Shown here in pieces: positions 22,693 through 35,748 of a stretch of 64,000 nucleotides of DNA. The stretch's first letter is position 1; every line of letters begins with the position of its first letter. This DNA comes from a virus. Lineage: Duplodnaviria > Caudoviricetes. A model generated the notes under the pieces. The model was not told where the DNA came from. It did not search any database and worked only from the letters and a program-made list of their open reading frames with translations. The position numbers and the translations under genes were made by a program. The stretch is from positions 160,001-224,000 of the IMG/VR virus record IMGVR_UViG_2595698293_000001; one strand, written 5' to 3'.

Positions 22693-23071
22693 TATAAATG
22701 AAGTTATCGAGCATTTTTATAATTGGGTACTAACGGATCCAATAAAAACTGGATTAATTGAAAAATATAACTGCTCTATGTATTCTTATTGTTCAAATAA
22801 AGCTACGATGTATAGTAAGGATGTTGATAATTATTTACTAATCACTGACGATGTAGTTTATGATGTATTTGACAATGAAATTGTCATTGATGGCAGTGAT
22901 GTTGATGGCAGTGATGTTGATATTGTAAAATTACATGATATGGATTTCTCATGTACTGAATCATCGGCGTTTCAATTAAGCACATTATATGATTTCCGAT
23001 GCAGTACTGAAAGTATTGTATTATTATTGAAAATAGTACATATTTTAAGAAAAAAGAGAATGGTATTATAA
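22685..23071 (+). CDS. FQxST-motif family protein
   Basis: CTESSAFQLSTLYDFRCSTE; contains a 15-bp tandem duplication (DGSDV x2). Confidence 0.7.
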   Translation: MTDINEVIEHFYNWVLTDPIKTGLIEKYNCSMYSYCSNKATMYSKDVDNYLLITDDVVYDVFDNEIVIDGSDVDGSDVDIVKLHDMDFSCTESSAFQLSTLYDFRCSTESIVLLLKIVHILRKKRMVL

Positions 23072-23487
23072 TGGTGGAATTTAAGGTTCAAGATTTTTAT
23101 GATTTTGTAATGAAAGCCGAAAAGAATAATCGTGAATATATTAAAACAATTGGGGATAATACATATCGACACTACTGTTATTCTTTAACGGAGGGAATGT
23201 CTGCATTTACAAATTCAACTATGGATAATGTATTATATAATTTATTAATGCATAATTGTCATTATGTATTTGATGTTTACAGTAATCAAATAATTTATAA
23301 AATTATATTTTTTGATAAAAAACAAATTGAAAATACAATTAATTTGGATTGTTATGATTCTGAATCAAAAGAAGGATTTGCTTTTCAGTTATCAGTTTCA
23401 TATGATTTCCCATTTAGTACTGAAGATTATATTTTAATGTTAAAGATTGTTGATAAATTAAGACTAAACGAAAGGAATTTCAAATGA
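23071..23487 (+). CDS. FQxST-motif family protein (tandem paralog of previous)
   Basis: SKEGFAFQLSVSYDFPFSTEDYILMLKIV. Confidence 0.7.
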   Translation: MVEFKVQDFYDFVMKAEKNNREYIKTIGDNTYRHYCYSLTEGMSAFTNSTMDNVLYNLLMHNCHYVFDVYSNQIIYKIIFFDKKQIENTINLDCYDSESKEGFAFQLSVSYDFPFSTEDYILMLKIVDKLRLNERNFK

Positions 23488-23930
23488 ACATTACTAGTGT
23501 TAAACTAATTTTTGAAAACTGTGAAGCAATAGACATTCCTTTTAATGATATATTGTTTTTGCATATAGGGAAAGAATACAAAAAAACACATAGAACTTTT
23601 AATTCTTTGTCTATATAAACGGTTTTAAAAGAATTTGCTATTGCACTGAATAAGGATATTGAATGTAATTTCTGGAATAACCAGAGCATCGAAGAAAGAC
23701 TTGCTATGCGTGATATAACATGGGTAGAACTGTGCAATAATAATGAGAAAGTATCATATTATATTGAATGGCCTGAATACGATGAACATTATAGTACTGC
23801 ACAACGTTTGCAGTACACACCAGATGGTAATTTAATTTTTACCAGTTCTACTCAATCATTCATCAAAATCGAAACTGATGATATCGATCATATGGCTAAA
23901 TCAATTGGGATATACGGACATGAAAAATGA
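23484..23930 (+). pseudogene. hypothetical gene interrupted by in-frame TAA at 23616-23618
   Basis: ATG 23484 with AAGGA SD, MNITSVKLIFENCE...SLSI*TVLKEF... continues in frame into ORF 23706..23930. Confidence 0.65.
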
Positions 23931-25911
23931 TAACGATGGGGATTTTATAAAAATTCATTTAAAAAGAACCTGGACAGATGTTGCATCAGGTGATATAATG
24001 AACGTAGAATATAGCACAGAAAAGATTTTAGTTAAAAACCAACTTAATGCAAATGATGAAGCAAATGATTTCATTGAAAAAAATGTTGGCGTTTATGTTC
24101 TTGATGGAATAGAATATAAAACTGAACTCATCGAGAAGGATGTCATGAAAGATAAACAGGTATTTTTAACTAAAGAACAAATGTTCGATTTTATTCTCAA
24201 TAATACTGTGACAATCATTCCAGATAACACCATCTGGACTGATGAAAATGGTAATAAAGTCAAAAAGAAATATACGGTATCGATTAATTCAACATCAATG
24301 TGTGGGTTTGACTTAGAAGATGCTATTAATTACTACGTAAACAATAGGAGTTCAATGAAATGATATTCATTATTGTCGCAGTTATTTGTTGTGTTACGGT
24401 TATTATCTGTAAATCAATTCAGGTAAAAAGTTATCATAAAGCACTGGAGATGGAAAAGAATTTATATAGTACTGAAATTCTTTGTGAAGACCCTAATGCG
24501 AAAAAATCACCATATTCACTAACAAGAGAACTCCATGTAGAATCAGAAACATGGGGATGGACTGTAAACAGAAACGGTGAAAAAGTCAAAAGTTCAAATG
24601 GTTATTATCAAATTCTCAACTTAGATAAAGCACAAGAACTGATGAATACTATGGAAAAAATTGATGGATACAAAATAACCAAATTTTAATCCAGGAGAAA
24701 ATATATATGGATATTAGTAGTACTATAAAATTCTTGGCAGAGAATTTTGAAAAGATTATCACAAGGGGTGGTTTAATAGTTCACCCCAATACGAATATTA
24801 TGTATCAAATTAGGTTTGACACTCAGTCTTACGATCAAGTACTTGTATTTTCCAAGTTCAATGATTATAAAGAAGTAGTGATGTTTTGTTGTACAGAATT
24901 TGGTGTATATATCAAAGATACTGAAACTCAAACAATTTCCCATTACTTTTACCATACATTAATGGGCACTGATTTATTTGGTCTTAAATTTAATGATTTG
25001 GCTAATTTACATTACATGTTCAAACACTATCCACACACTAACTAAGGAAGTACAATGAAAAATATTATTTTTAAAAACATTGCGTTTGTAAAAGATCTAT
25101 ACACTGGTGCATATGTATCTGGTAATAAACTAATTATCTCTGCTGGTAATGATTATGAAGTGCAATTTGAGTCCAGTGATAAGGCATTTGAAGGTTTAAC
25201 TGAACTAGATAGTCTGTTGAATGCAGAAGAACATACCAAATCACCAAAAGCAAATACTGTTTCTGATGAAATTACTTCTCTCTTGAACGGTATTAAAAAC
25301 GGTTCAGTACTGAATACTATTAACGGCATTAATGATAAACTTCGTAATAAAGTAAGTTCATTTAAAAACGATGCACAAGAAAAAGCAATGGAAATCGCAT
25401 TTGAAAAACTATTTAAAGAAGGTTCACTTGCTATCGATAAAGCTATTTCTGATCTGGACAACGCTTTCAACGTTCTGTTCCCTGAAGATGAAACAGAAAC
25501 ACCAAAACAACCAAATACAACTAGCACAAAACCCACTGAAACCACTGAAAGCACAGAAAGTATTAAATCCAAAAAATTTAACATTGATGATATTTTTAGT
25601 ACTCTAAATGTTGGTCAGGATCAAAGTGTACTAACTTTTGATAAAATCATGGCTTCTGATAAGATCATTGATGATATGACAAGTACTGAACTTCGTCGTA
25701 TTATTGATATTTTCATTGATGAAATTGTGAATTCCGAAAAAGGTAAAGAGATGATTGATTCAATCAAAACCAATTTTGGTACAGCAGAAGTTGATGCCGC
25801 GATCCAGAAAATCAAAGATACTGCATATCAGGTTTGTATTGAAAATTCAAATCTAACATTTGCTGATGTGATGCAAAAATACTTCTTTTAATGTATAAAA
25901 TTTGATATAAT

Positions 25912-25939
25912 AAAAGCCTCCCTTCGTGGAGGCTTTTTT
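25912..25939 (+). terminator. intrinsic terminator
   Basis: AAAAGCCTCC/GGAGGCTTTT. Confidence 0.8.
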
Positions 25940-26032
25940 CGTTCTTTTTTTTTAATTTAAATTGAGTCTTGACAAATAATACATTTTTATGTATAATAAT
26001 CCTAATAATTAGAAAAGTATCAGGTGTGATTT

Positions 26033-26617
26033 ATGTTAAGTACTTTTAAGCGAGTTTATTTAAGAAACAACAAAATGCAAGTTCGTTTACACAAAGACGA
26101 AGCTGATTCGTTTATGGCTAAAGCTATTGTTAAATCTGAATTGTACAAACGCCTTTCACCAAAAGAAAGCTCGCCATATGGATTTAATCACCCACACAGC
26201 CATTATGTTGGATTGGTGTGTGAACACGCTGCTTATGTGTTGTTCACGGAACTGGAAGAAATGACTGGCATCAAATACGATATCGATCCAGCATTCCAGA
26301 ATAGTAAAAGAGATGGTGAATGTGATTTAATTGTTAACAATCTACGTATAGAAGTGAAGGGTATTAAGTACAAATCATGGACTAATTATGGTCCGTGTAT
26401 CAGTACAAGACAATTGAAGAATATTGAGAAAAAAGCAGATATCATTCTGTGGGTTTTGTATAATGAAAAACGTCATGAATTTTCGTTTGAAGGTTTTAAT
26501 TATGTAAAAGATGTACATACTGTACCAGTTAAAATTACTGGTGCTAAAGGTAAACCACAAATTAAAAATCATCCAGTTATTGATATTATTAAACCATTAC
26601 AGGAATTACCAATATGA
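26033..26617 (+). CDS. putative PD-(D/E)xK nuclease-fold protein
   Basis: GLVCEHAA...CDLIV...IEVKG. Confidence 0.5.
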   Translation: MLSTFKRVYLRNNKMQVRLHKDEADSFMAKAIVKSELYKRLSPKESSPYGFNHPHSHYVGLVCEHAAYVLFTELEEMTGIKYDIDPAFQNSKRDGECDLIVNNLRIEVKGIKYKSWTNYGPCISTRQLKNIEKKADIILWVLYNEKRHEFSFEGFNYVKDVHTVPVKITGAKGKPQIKNHPVIDIIKPLQELPI

Positions 26618-29600
26618 TCAAATGTAATATCGTAGTGTATAATTATGAGATTAATTCACGCGATGGAAGTGAAGAATTAGTGAATTCATATTTAGAATAT
26701 GTAGTTAATTTTCCAGTACTGCCGGCGATTGGTTCTGAATTGAAAATTTATACATACAATGAAAAAGTATATGTAGTACTGGATATCGAATACAGAACAC
26801 GTATTATGGACTGTCATAATGTTGACAATCCAAGTACCATGGAAATTAATATCATTGTTAAGGAAGTATAATGAACCAACAATACATGATTAAAGTGGTT
26901 TTGTACAAAAATGATAGTCAGAGAACTAAAATCTGTTCTTCTTATGTTCAGTCATTACCAAGAACCGGAGAACTTATTACAGTACTTAATGATAAATTCA
27001 TTGTTGAACAGATTGAACACACACTGTATCCAATTAGTACAACCGATACTGTTTCGTGGAATATGAATCAACATTCTGAATCTGGTATTGCTATTATTTG
27101 TACAAAAACATAAGGTACCACATATGATGTATTTTATATTTCTGTACTTAATATGTCACCTTGTTATTGTTACTATTATGGACAGACATTCACACTTTGG
27201 ATATAGTTATAAAGTTGCTAAGATTTATGGTTTTAAATCTTATTTTGTTGCACTATTTTATAGTTATATACTCGATCCAAAGTATATGATATTGTCTCTT
27301 ATACTACAAAAAGAAGCAAACATTGATACTATTTCTAAAATAGAATTCGTATGTAGGCGATTTCTTAATTCAGATGATAAATGTTCAGTTAAATTTCATT
27401 CGGATAAAGTTATTTTTGTATATAACAATGTATTCACTTGTGGTATTGAATTAAATCAGGTATTAGGTATAGTTGATATTTCATGGAATCATAACGTCAT
27501 TATGCATCCAAGAACTATCAAGCTAATAGAAGCATGTAAAATAAAAGTTGACAGCGACACAAAGAGATGATATTATATAGAATAAACATATTAAAGAGGT
27601 GTATATGGATGCTTTAGCTACTCTATTCAAACTGAATACTTCAGAAAAAGAAGGTTATTTGAGTATCAGTGATCTTGAAAATACAAGTGAATATATTTTC
27701 AAAAATACAATCAAAATTAAAGCGAATAAGGATAAAAGCAATACACATTTCACAAAATGGATTGCTTATTGGGAGGGTGTTAATTTCGCAGTTGAAATGA
27801 CAGTTCTACCAAAAGTATTAAGTACCGGATTTGTTAAAGTTGTTATTATTGATAAAAATCTTCGACCAATTTCAGAAATTGGTGAATACCCAGTTAAGGG
27901 TACTAAAGTTTTTGGTACCATGATCAATAATAAGTTCATGATCGAAAAAACAAAAACTCAATACATCAATCAGGTTATTTCTGAATTCGAGAACAAACCT
28001 AAACCAAAAACTAAAACTGAAACCAATGAAGAATATGTTAATAAAATTAAAGAAGCATGGGGATTGAAATAATGTTAACTTTAAAAAATCTAAAGTACTT
28101 AATTATGATTAGTATTATCCTATTCATCTCCAATGTACCTATGGATATTTTTAAATTTGGTGACACACGATTGGGTGCATTCATTGGTGTATATAGTTTA
28201 ATATTCTGCATCATAACATTTGTGGTTGCGTTTGTTATGTTCATTGAAGATATGTATGATGATAAAGACTTTTATTTCGAATTTCTCGGAAAAGATAGTT
28301 ATTCATTTATCTGGACATTCTCTATTTTACCAGCATTAATTTATGCATTCTTTATCGCAGAGGGTGGTATCGCCTATGGAGTTATGGGTATCTTCTTATT
28401 TCTTTTCTGGGAAAGAATCAGAACTATTCAAAACCGATATGCTCAAGAATATCGTGATGAAGAACTAAAAAATGAAGCAATGCGTAAGAATTATCCACCA
28501 GAAGAGGTAGAAATTAAATGAGTACTTATTTGAAAATAACACTATTTGCTTTTATTGTATTTCTTATTCAGTTATATGGTATTCTTGTACATAACTACAA
28601 TTTACCTTCATTTCTGAATGAATCTTGGTATATTGGTTCTTTTTGGGTTACTGGAGCATTGGGTGTACTTGGGGTAATTCTGTCAATTGCAATAATCATT
28701 ATTACAGCCGACGATGCAGACAAAGAAACTACTATTAAAATGTTCGGATTTGATGAACTTAGTCCGTGGATTTATAGTAGACCATTCCTTTTATTGGCTA
28801 TTGTATTTGTACAACTAGGTTCTCTATGGGTTGCTGCTTTCTGTTTTAGTGTGTGGTCTTACCAAACTCTTCAGATTAGTGAACACCGTGACTATTTGAT
28901 TGAAAAGCTAACAAAAGAGGCAGAAAAAGGCACCAAAAATCATTAATCATTGACAAATGTTCTTCACATGAGGTAATATCATTACCTCATTTTAATTCAA
29001 AAGAAGGAATGCAACCATGAAAGATATTCTCATTGCAGTTGATGGTAGTGCTAAAACAATATCAAAAGGTATGCGTCTCTCCGTAGCCAAAACCCTTAGT
29101 AATGTATGCCCTGATTCTAAAATTTTATTTTGTCAAATTACAGACAAAAATATTATAGAATTAGATATTGATTTATTCTTTAAGTATGATCATCTTTTGT
29201 GTGGCACAAAAGCAAATATTGATCTGATATATTTAATTGATGATTTTGATCATAAATTCCTTATCACAGATAACAGTAATATTGAAAGTTCTGAAAACTT
29301 CAATGTAGTACTTTACTAACCAACTGGAGATGTATTATAATGCAAAAACTCAATGCATGGGTAGAGAATACCAGAATTTATCCACCTTCTGAAATGTTTT
29401 ATCAGGCTGACTCAAAACAAGCAAAGGCCGAGAAACGCATTGTAAGCATCTGTGAAGAGCTTTATGTTTTTACCTGTACTACCCTAAGCGATATGAGAGC
29501 GGCCTACACAGAGCTTTCTATGGCGGTTAGAATGGGTATTTCGGATATGCGTCAGGTTTATGTAGAAGAAATTTGTGGAAAGACTGCATTTCATATTGAT

Positions 29601-29791
29601 AATGCAGTAAAAGCATTAGACACTATGCATAAGCGAGATCCACTTCTACAGGCTTATTATAAAGAATGGTCATGTAAATCAAAGGATTTAAAAGATGAAA
29701 TTAAATCTACACTGATCAATGCTTTTCCGGGTGTTGATAAATCCGTACTTTTATCAAACCTACAGTACTGGTACGATAAAGAGAGTGAAAA

Positions 29792-30304
29792 ATGACAACT
29801 GTTTACATCGATAAACGTTGTGGATTAGCAATGACAGATTCAAGAGTTACATCTACAATAGAACGTGCTTTTCTTGGTGTTTTTCCATTGCAATCAAAAA
29901 ATCAATACAGTAAAGTACTACAAAAATCAATGTACATACACGATCGATTATTTTTAAGTTGTGGTACAGTATCTGAGATTAACAAGGTACTAAGGTATTT
30001 GGTTGAACAAAAACCAATAGTACCAAGTAGAAAAGATGGATGCCACTGTCTTTTACTTGATAAAGAGTATTGTATTAATTTTGTAATTCACAATGGTGTA
30101 CTGAAAAAGTTTGTACAATTCATTGATAAAAATTATGTATTCAGTATGGGTAGTGGTTCTTCTCATATGAGAAATACCTTTAATGATATCGGTTCATTAA
30201 AATTAAATAATATGTCATTATCGGAATACGTTATTGATGAATTCAGTAAAGTATCAGAAAAAGATATATATACTGATAATAATATTAATTTATACAAAAT
30301 TTGA
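29792..30304 (+). CDS. Ntn-hydrolase / proteasome-beta (HslV-like) fold protein
   Basis: N-terminal MTT, MTDSRVT and MGSGS motifs. Confidence 0.6.
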   Translation: MTTVYIDKRCGLAMTDSRVTSTIERAFLGVFPLQSKNQYSKVLQKSMYIHDRLFLSCGTVSEINKVLRYLVEQKPIVPSRKDGCHCLLLDKEYCINFVIHNGVLKKFVQFIDKNYVFSMGSGSSHMRNTFNDIGSLKLNNMSLSEYVIDEFSKVSEKDIYTDNNINLYKI

Positions 30305-30367
30305 TTAATTTAAAGACCAAATTGAATTTGGTCTTTTTTGTTTTATTACATATAAAAAGGATGAATA

Positions 30368-31264
30368 ATGAAAGAAGTTGATCTAAATGAACTAAGTGCT
30401 GAAATCATGGAAACATTATTTGATGAATCTGATATTGAGCAATCAAAAAATATTAAGAGTACAAAAGATAATATCAGTCTCAAACATCCAACTGGTGTTA
30501 CAAATGAAATGCTGTTAAATGAAATACATAATGGTATTAATGTAAAACAAAATCGTGAATTACTTATCCGTTATAATTATCCACTAGCAGTCAGTATTGC
30601 TAAACGTTGTAAATGTTATATTCCAGAAGAAGATAAAATTTCTTATGCAGTAGAGGGTCTTTTGAATTCAATTCATAATTTTGACCTTACAAAAGGTGTA
30701 TTATTCAGTACTTATGCCAGTGCTTCCATTTACATGACAGTGATGAACATGAGTAATGAACATAATAATTTAGTTTATATCCCCCGCCATGTAAGTGTAC
30801 ATAATGTTAATATTCGTAAATTTGCAAATGACTACGAAAAGAAACACGGCAAAAAATGCAAACCTGAACTTATTTCAAAAGAACTCGGAATTAATGTTGA
30901 TACTGTTGAGTTGTGTTTGTCTTTCCAGGAAACCACATCTCTTGATACTCCAACTTCTGACGATAGTACTGCACTAATTGATACCATTGCCAGTGATTGT
31001 AATGTAGAACAAAATGACGTTGATAGTATTGTTCTGGAATTGATGAATGAACTAGAACCAAAAGAAAAGGAAATCCTTTCCAGAATTTATGGTTTGAATG
31101 GATATGCACCAGAAACCTATGATAGCTTGATTAGTACTGGATTTTATGATAAAAAGGGTAAACGTATCACTGTTCGCGGAACTTTACATTACAAATTCAG
31201 TACTGCACTTGAGAAACTAAAGCGTTTGGTTCGTCTAAAAGGATTAACTGCCAAAGATGTTTAA
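30368..31264 (+). CDS. sigma70-family RNA polymerase sigma factor
   Basis: Region 2 LIRYNYPLAVSIAKR...GLLNSIHNFD..KG..FSTYA; region 3 ISKELGI...SLD; region 4 LEPKEKEILSRIYGL. Confidence 0.85.
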   Translation: MKEVDLNELSAEIMETLFDESDIEQSKNIKSTKDNISLKHPTGVTNEMLLNEIHNGINVKQNRELLIRYNYPLAVSIAKRCKCYIPEEDKISYAVEGLLNSIHNFDLTKGVLFSTYASASIYMTVMNMSNEHNNLVYIPRHVSVHNVNIRKFANDYEKKHGKKCKPELISKELGINVDTVELCLSFQETTSLDTPTSDDSTALIDTIASDCNVEQNDVDSIVLELMNELEPKEKEILSRIYGLNGYAPETYDSLISTGFYDKKGKRITVRGTLHYKFSTALEKLKRLVRLKGLTAKDV

Positions 31265-31290
31265 ATTGATATTTTTTCTTTATTAAATAC

Positions 31291-31319
31291 TTGAACAAAA
31301 TTTTTTACAGTGATATAAT
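31291..31319 (+). promoter_or_regulatory. promoter of the TTGAACAAAA class
   Basis: TTGAAC-17nt-TATAAT with TG extension. Confidence 0.7.
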
Positions 31320-31325
31320 GTTTGT

Positions 31326-31945
31326 AATACATGGATGTTGGACATTCTTTTTGAAAAGAACGTATGGATAAAAACCCGATTAGCCGAAAATGTAACGCTA
31401 CGGATGAGTATAACCAACATATACGAGATGCAGAGGATACCCGAAAGGCGAGACGGCATCTAAAAGGATAGGAAATAGCACTGCCTATCCCAAGCTTACA
31501 TTAGGCTTGATAGATCGCAAATCTGGTTGAGTCCAGACAAATAAAGAGTGTAAGGGAGATTATTTTCTTTTAGATATTTTGGAAATAATCACAGTATTGA
31601 ATTGCTTGAATAGTTCGGTACTGAAGTGCAAGTATGTTTAAACTTGTGACCGTTGCATGTGACTGCGATAGGACGAAACAGGGCAACCCGCGTTCGTGTA
31701 CCAAAAGGTATAATTCGCAATTCAAGGAATTTCGACAGCTACGAGCTTCAAGGCTTAGCTTTTTATTTCTCTTCCCCTCCCTGTGGGGGGATGAAAATAT
31801 CTCGTGCAAACGCCTTCAAGTATTGAAATTCACGAAGTGAATTGAAATTACTTGTTCTGTAGTCGAACGACAGTGAGACGTGAGAACAAGTAATTTCTGC
31901 ATGTATCAACGAAGTGACAACGAGTTGATACATAGCACTTTAAAA
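31326..31945 (+). ncRNA. large structured non-coding element (ncRNA or origin-like)
   Basis: No credible ORF, GC-elevated, >10 hairpins incl. GGATAGG/CCTATCC, CAGTATTGAAT/GTTCGGTACTG, GAAATTACTTGTTCT/AGAACAAGTAATTTC, ATGTATCAAC/GTTGATACAT. Confidence 0.55.
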
Positions 31946-34641
31946 CATTATTGAATTCAATAATTAATATTATTATGGTTATTGAAGAAATCAAATCGGA
32001 GTACTGAAATGAACACTATTATTTTTTTGATTATACTGAGTACTGGAACAACTACTACAGTAATTAAAGAAATGCCTTCTTTAGTACAATGCAAAGTAAT
32101 TATGAATTCTGTTTATAAACAACAAAAAGAAAAACAAAAAGAAACAAGTAAAACAGATTACTATTGTTTGAATTCAACAACTAACACTGAGTACTACCCA
32201 GATGAATGAATTCACATTTCTTTGTACTTATTATTATTATACTTCTGCTAATTCAAAGAAGTATGTAAAGGAAGAAATAAACGTATATACCAGTTCAGTA
32301 CAAAAAGCTATTTGTGAGGTACATTTGTACTTAGTTTGTTGTGAAGTAATTGATATAGAATATATACATACTATACAGGAATAAATCCAATGACTTTAAG
32401 ACTTATTACTGAAGTAGATAAATCAGTAAGTGAATTAACAAATGAAGAATTGAATAAATTGGACTGGAGTTCAGTACCAAAATCACAACTTCCTTCTATT
32501 TCAGATGATCGTTTAATGAAATGTCCCATCGACATTTTAACTCAAAGTTTTTCTTGTGATAACTATAGCAATGATTTGTGTTTATATATACTCACTTCTA
32601 AAATAAAGAAGTGTAAAGATTTTCGAAATGGTTATGCATTATATCATTTATTAAGTAATTTTTTTAATCCAGATTTTATCAAGAATAATAAAAAAGAAAT
32701 TCTTGAAATGTTAAAACGACATGAAGAGATTCATAGTACTGTTACGTTTCCATCAGTTATTCAATACCTGATGAAACATGGAATCATTTCATTTTTTGAT
32801 TTAAATATGACATTTGAAACAATCAATGACACATGGGACGCACTGGAATCAAATATTCCACAAGAAGATTGGATTAAATTAATCACACGTACAAATTACC
32901 TGTATTCAACACTCACTGAACACCATTCAATACAGAATAATGTAATACCATTAAGCACTGAAAACTTATGGAAATGTGGGATTAAAATTAATCCAGTTGT
33001 TGATCTGTCGTGGGTTAAAAATGGCACAGATGAATGTGATGATGATTATGTAGAAATTTTACTGGAAGATTTAATAGAACAATTAAATTGTACTTCAATC
33101 ACATGGGATGAAGTACTAGAAAAGTTCAACACATATAAACTTGATAGGGATAACAATCCCCCTTATGGTGTTAATTTTATCAGTACTGTATGGGAACATC
33201 ACATAATTGACACAAAGTTTGAATTGAACAGAGATGATTTTTTCAAGAAAAATTTACATCTTTACAAAACTATTGGATAAAAGTCTTGACATGGAGTACT
33301 ATTTGAGTAATAATACTCCTATCTTAATTTAATGAGGAAACACTGATGAAAACTCTATTACTTATTGTAGTCGTGGCTTTTGGTGCATGGTGGTTTTCTG
33401 AAAATTTTAGTATAACTTCAAAAAATGAACCACAACCTGTTCCACAAGAAGTACATACAGATTCTATTGGAACTAAGGTTGATAAAATAATTAAAGTAAT
33501 TACGGAATAAATGTTATGGGATTAGATGTAACTGAAGCTCAAACACTATTAGAAAACCTTAGAGAAATTAATTCAAAATTTGAACGTAATAATCTCTGTA
33601 CTGAATGGGATAAAAAACTACCCAATAGATTTAGTGAAATCACCAATGAAATTTTATTCAGTACTGGTTTAGTTTGGATTGAACATACTTCTCTGTATAA
33701 TGTTACATATCGCCATGAAGGTTATGTTGTTGAATACAATGAATATCTAGATCAGGGCATGAAAGTACTCAAAATGTGGAGTACTGTTTATAACGAGCTA
33801 GTAATTATCTGGATTAATGACAGTAATGGTGTTGACTTTGGTGATTTAGAAGAAAGCACTACTAAGGTAGCACCAATTTTTATTGGTTTGTCTGATAATA
33901 CTATGTAAGTATCAAAGAAAGGTTTTGTTATGAATGAAAAATTGGCTTTAATTTGGAAAAGTGGTTATGACTTTAAAGTAACACCAAAGGAACTTAGAGT
34001 ATTTCGTACTGAATACTGTGAGTATCTTGATTTAGACCAGTATAATACCATTGTTCGTATTGAACACGATGGCGATGTTGAAGGTCATATCAGTGAAGTA
34101 CTTGATAAAGCTATTTCAATTATTGAGGCAAAATGATGATTAGTTTTTATTTGGCAGTGATACTTATTAATGGTAATATCGAAAGAACACTAGGAAATGG
34201 GTTTTATAAAACCCCCGAAGAATGCTATACGACGACAAATTGGCCTCGTGATAGTGAAACTCGTGAAGAATTCAAATGCATCAAGGCTACTGGTGATTTT
34301 GTAAATTTCAAAGTTATTGAGGTACAAAAATGATTCTTTCAAAAGAAGAACGTGATATTGTATTACACGCTTTATATTTTCTTGAGAATGAAAGTATGCA
34401 TACGGATGCTTCTATGGCGTTGATTGAACGTCTTCAGAAAGAAGAAATGCCAAAGATTTATCGTATCCGTTATCTTGATGGGGCTGGTGGTGATCGTATT
34501 GCCATTGCTGAATCAAGAGAAGAAGCAGAACAAATCTTCACTGATAATTATTTGAATCCTTTTTTGATGGAAGAAGTTTGTGAAGTGAAAAATGGCACTT
34601 TTATTGGTTGACAGATAATAAAAATACAGTATAATGTTTAT

Positions 34642-34742
34642 ATCAAGACAAGTAGTAGCTTAATATGTTCAAGAGCAGCGAGCAAACACAGCATAATGGT
34701 ACTCGTCTGTACAGGTTGCATTCCTGTTTACTTGTCTTTGAT
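34642..34742 (+). ncRNA. tRNA-like RNA with extended acceptor helix
   Basis: AAGACAAGTA/TACTTGTCTT, TAGCTT...GAGC D-like arm, GCGAG/CTCGT with 19-nt loop, ACAGG-TTGCATT-CCTGT T-like arm; directly after promoter 34608-34635. Confidence 0.6.
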
Positions 34743-34999
34743 TTCTTTTAATTCAACGAGGTTATAATATGTTTACACCAAACACATCAAATGTAGGTAA
34801 GCGTGTAGTACTGTTAGAAGATGTATCAACACTTCGTGGCACTTTCAGTAAAGGCCATGAAATGACTATCATCGGTGAAACATCTCGCGGTTGGGATCTC
34901 GAAGATGATGATGGTAATCGCATTTTAGAAGCTGGGATGTTTGGTCATAAAGAATTTAAACTTCTTGACTAAATGATTACGTGCTGCTAATATAAGAAC

Positions 35000-35067
35000 A
35001 AGACGGGGTGATAAATTAACATTAACCTTAATCGATCAACAGGTGGCTGCGGTTATCATCCCGTCTT
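35000..35067 (+). ncRNA. promoter-proximal long hairpin RNA
   Basis: AAGACGGGGTGATAA/TTATCATCCCGTCTT after TTGACT-17-TAATAT. Confidence 0.5.
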
Positions 35068-35533
35068 TCCTTTTTAACAATGAGGTTTATCATGAGTAAA
35101 GATGTTCACGTTCCAGTACAAAATGGTATGTCAGCATGTGGTAAACGAGTGGATTTAACTGGTTGGGTACGTTCAATGATCACTTGTAAAAAATGCAAAA
35201 AAACCAAAGAGTATTTTGATTTGGAAAAATAACAAGGATTTATTATGATACTATCTAAAGAAGAACAACAAATTGTTGCACAAGCAATGAGTCTTTTGCA
35301 CTTAACCACTGACAAAGAAAAAGATTTATTCAATCGTCTTAAAACTGGGGTTGATACAGTTCAACGTATAAAAGAGAGTAATGAACGTAAAATGAAATTC
35401 CATGCATCACTCATAGCTATGTATGGTCCAAATGCACATTTACATTATAATGATTATTATCAATACTGTGAAAAAAATGGTTTTTGGTGAAATAAAAGAT
35501 TGACAAATAACATTAGTACTGTATAATGTTTAC

Positions 35534-35622
35534 AATCAAGACAAGATTAGTTCAGTAGGTAGGAACCGTTCTATGTGTATCTAAGAATAAGTTGTGGTTC
35601 GATTCCCTATCTTGTCTTGATT
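35534..35622 (+). ncRNA. tRNA-like RNA with 14-bp acceptor helix
   Basis: AATCAAGACAAGAT/ATCTTGTCTTGATT, TAGTTC-AGTAGGTAG-GAAC D arm, GGTTCGATTCC T arm; after promoter 35500-35527. Confidence 0.62.
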
Positions 35623-35658
35623 TCAGTGGTGAGCTTTAGTGATACATCTATTGACGAT

Positions 35659-35748
35659 GCGGGTGTGAGGGTGGCTACCTCAGCAGTGGCGAATTATGTA
35701 GCAACTGTGCTGAAAGATGCTAAGACAGTTCGATTCTGTCCACCCGCC
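35659..35748 (+). ncRNA. tRNA-like cloverleaf with expanded anticodon arm
   Basis: GCGGGTG/CACCCGC, GAGG/CCTC D arm, CAGCA/TGCTG arm with oversized loop, GACAG-TTCGATT-CTGTC. Confidence 0.65.

Noticed and set aside
31326-31945. Group I/II intron, or ORFs 31570..31809 and 31634..31840
   Set aside because: No interrupted gene, no recognisable P7 or domain V, and the ORFs lack SD and phage-like codon usage
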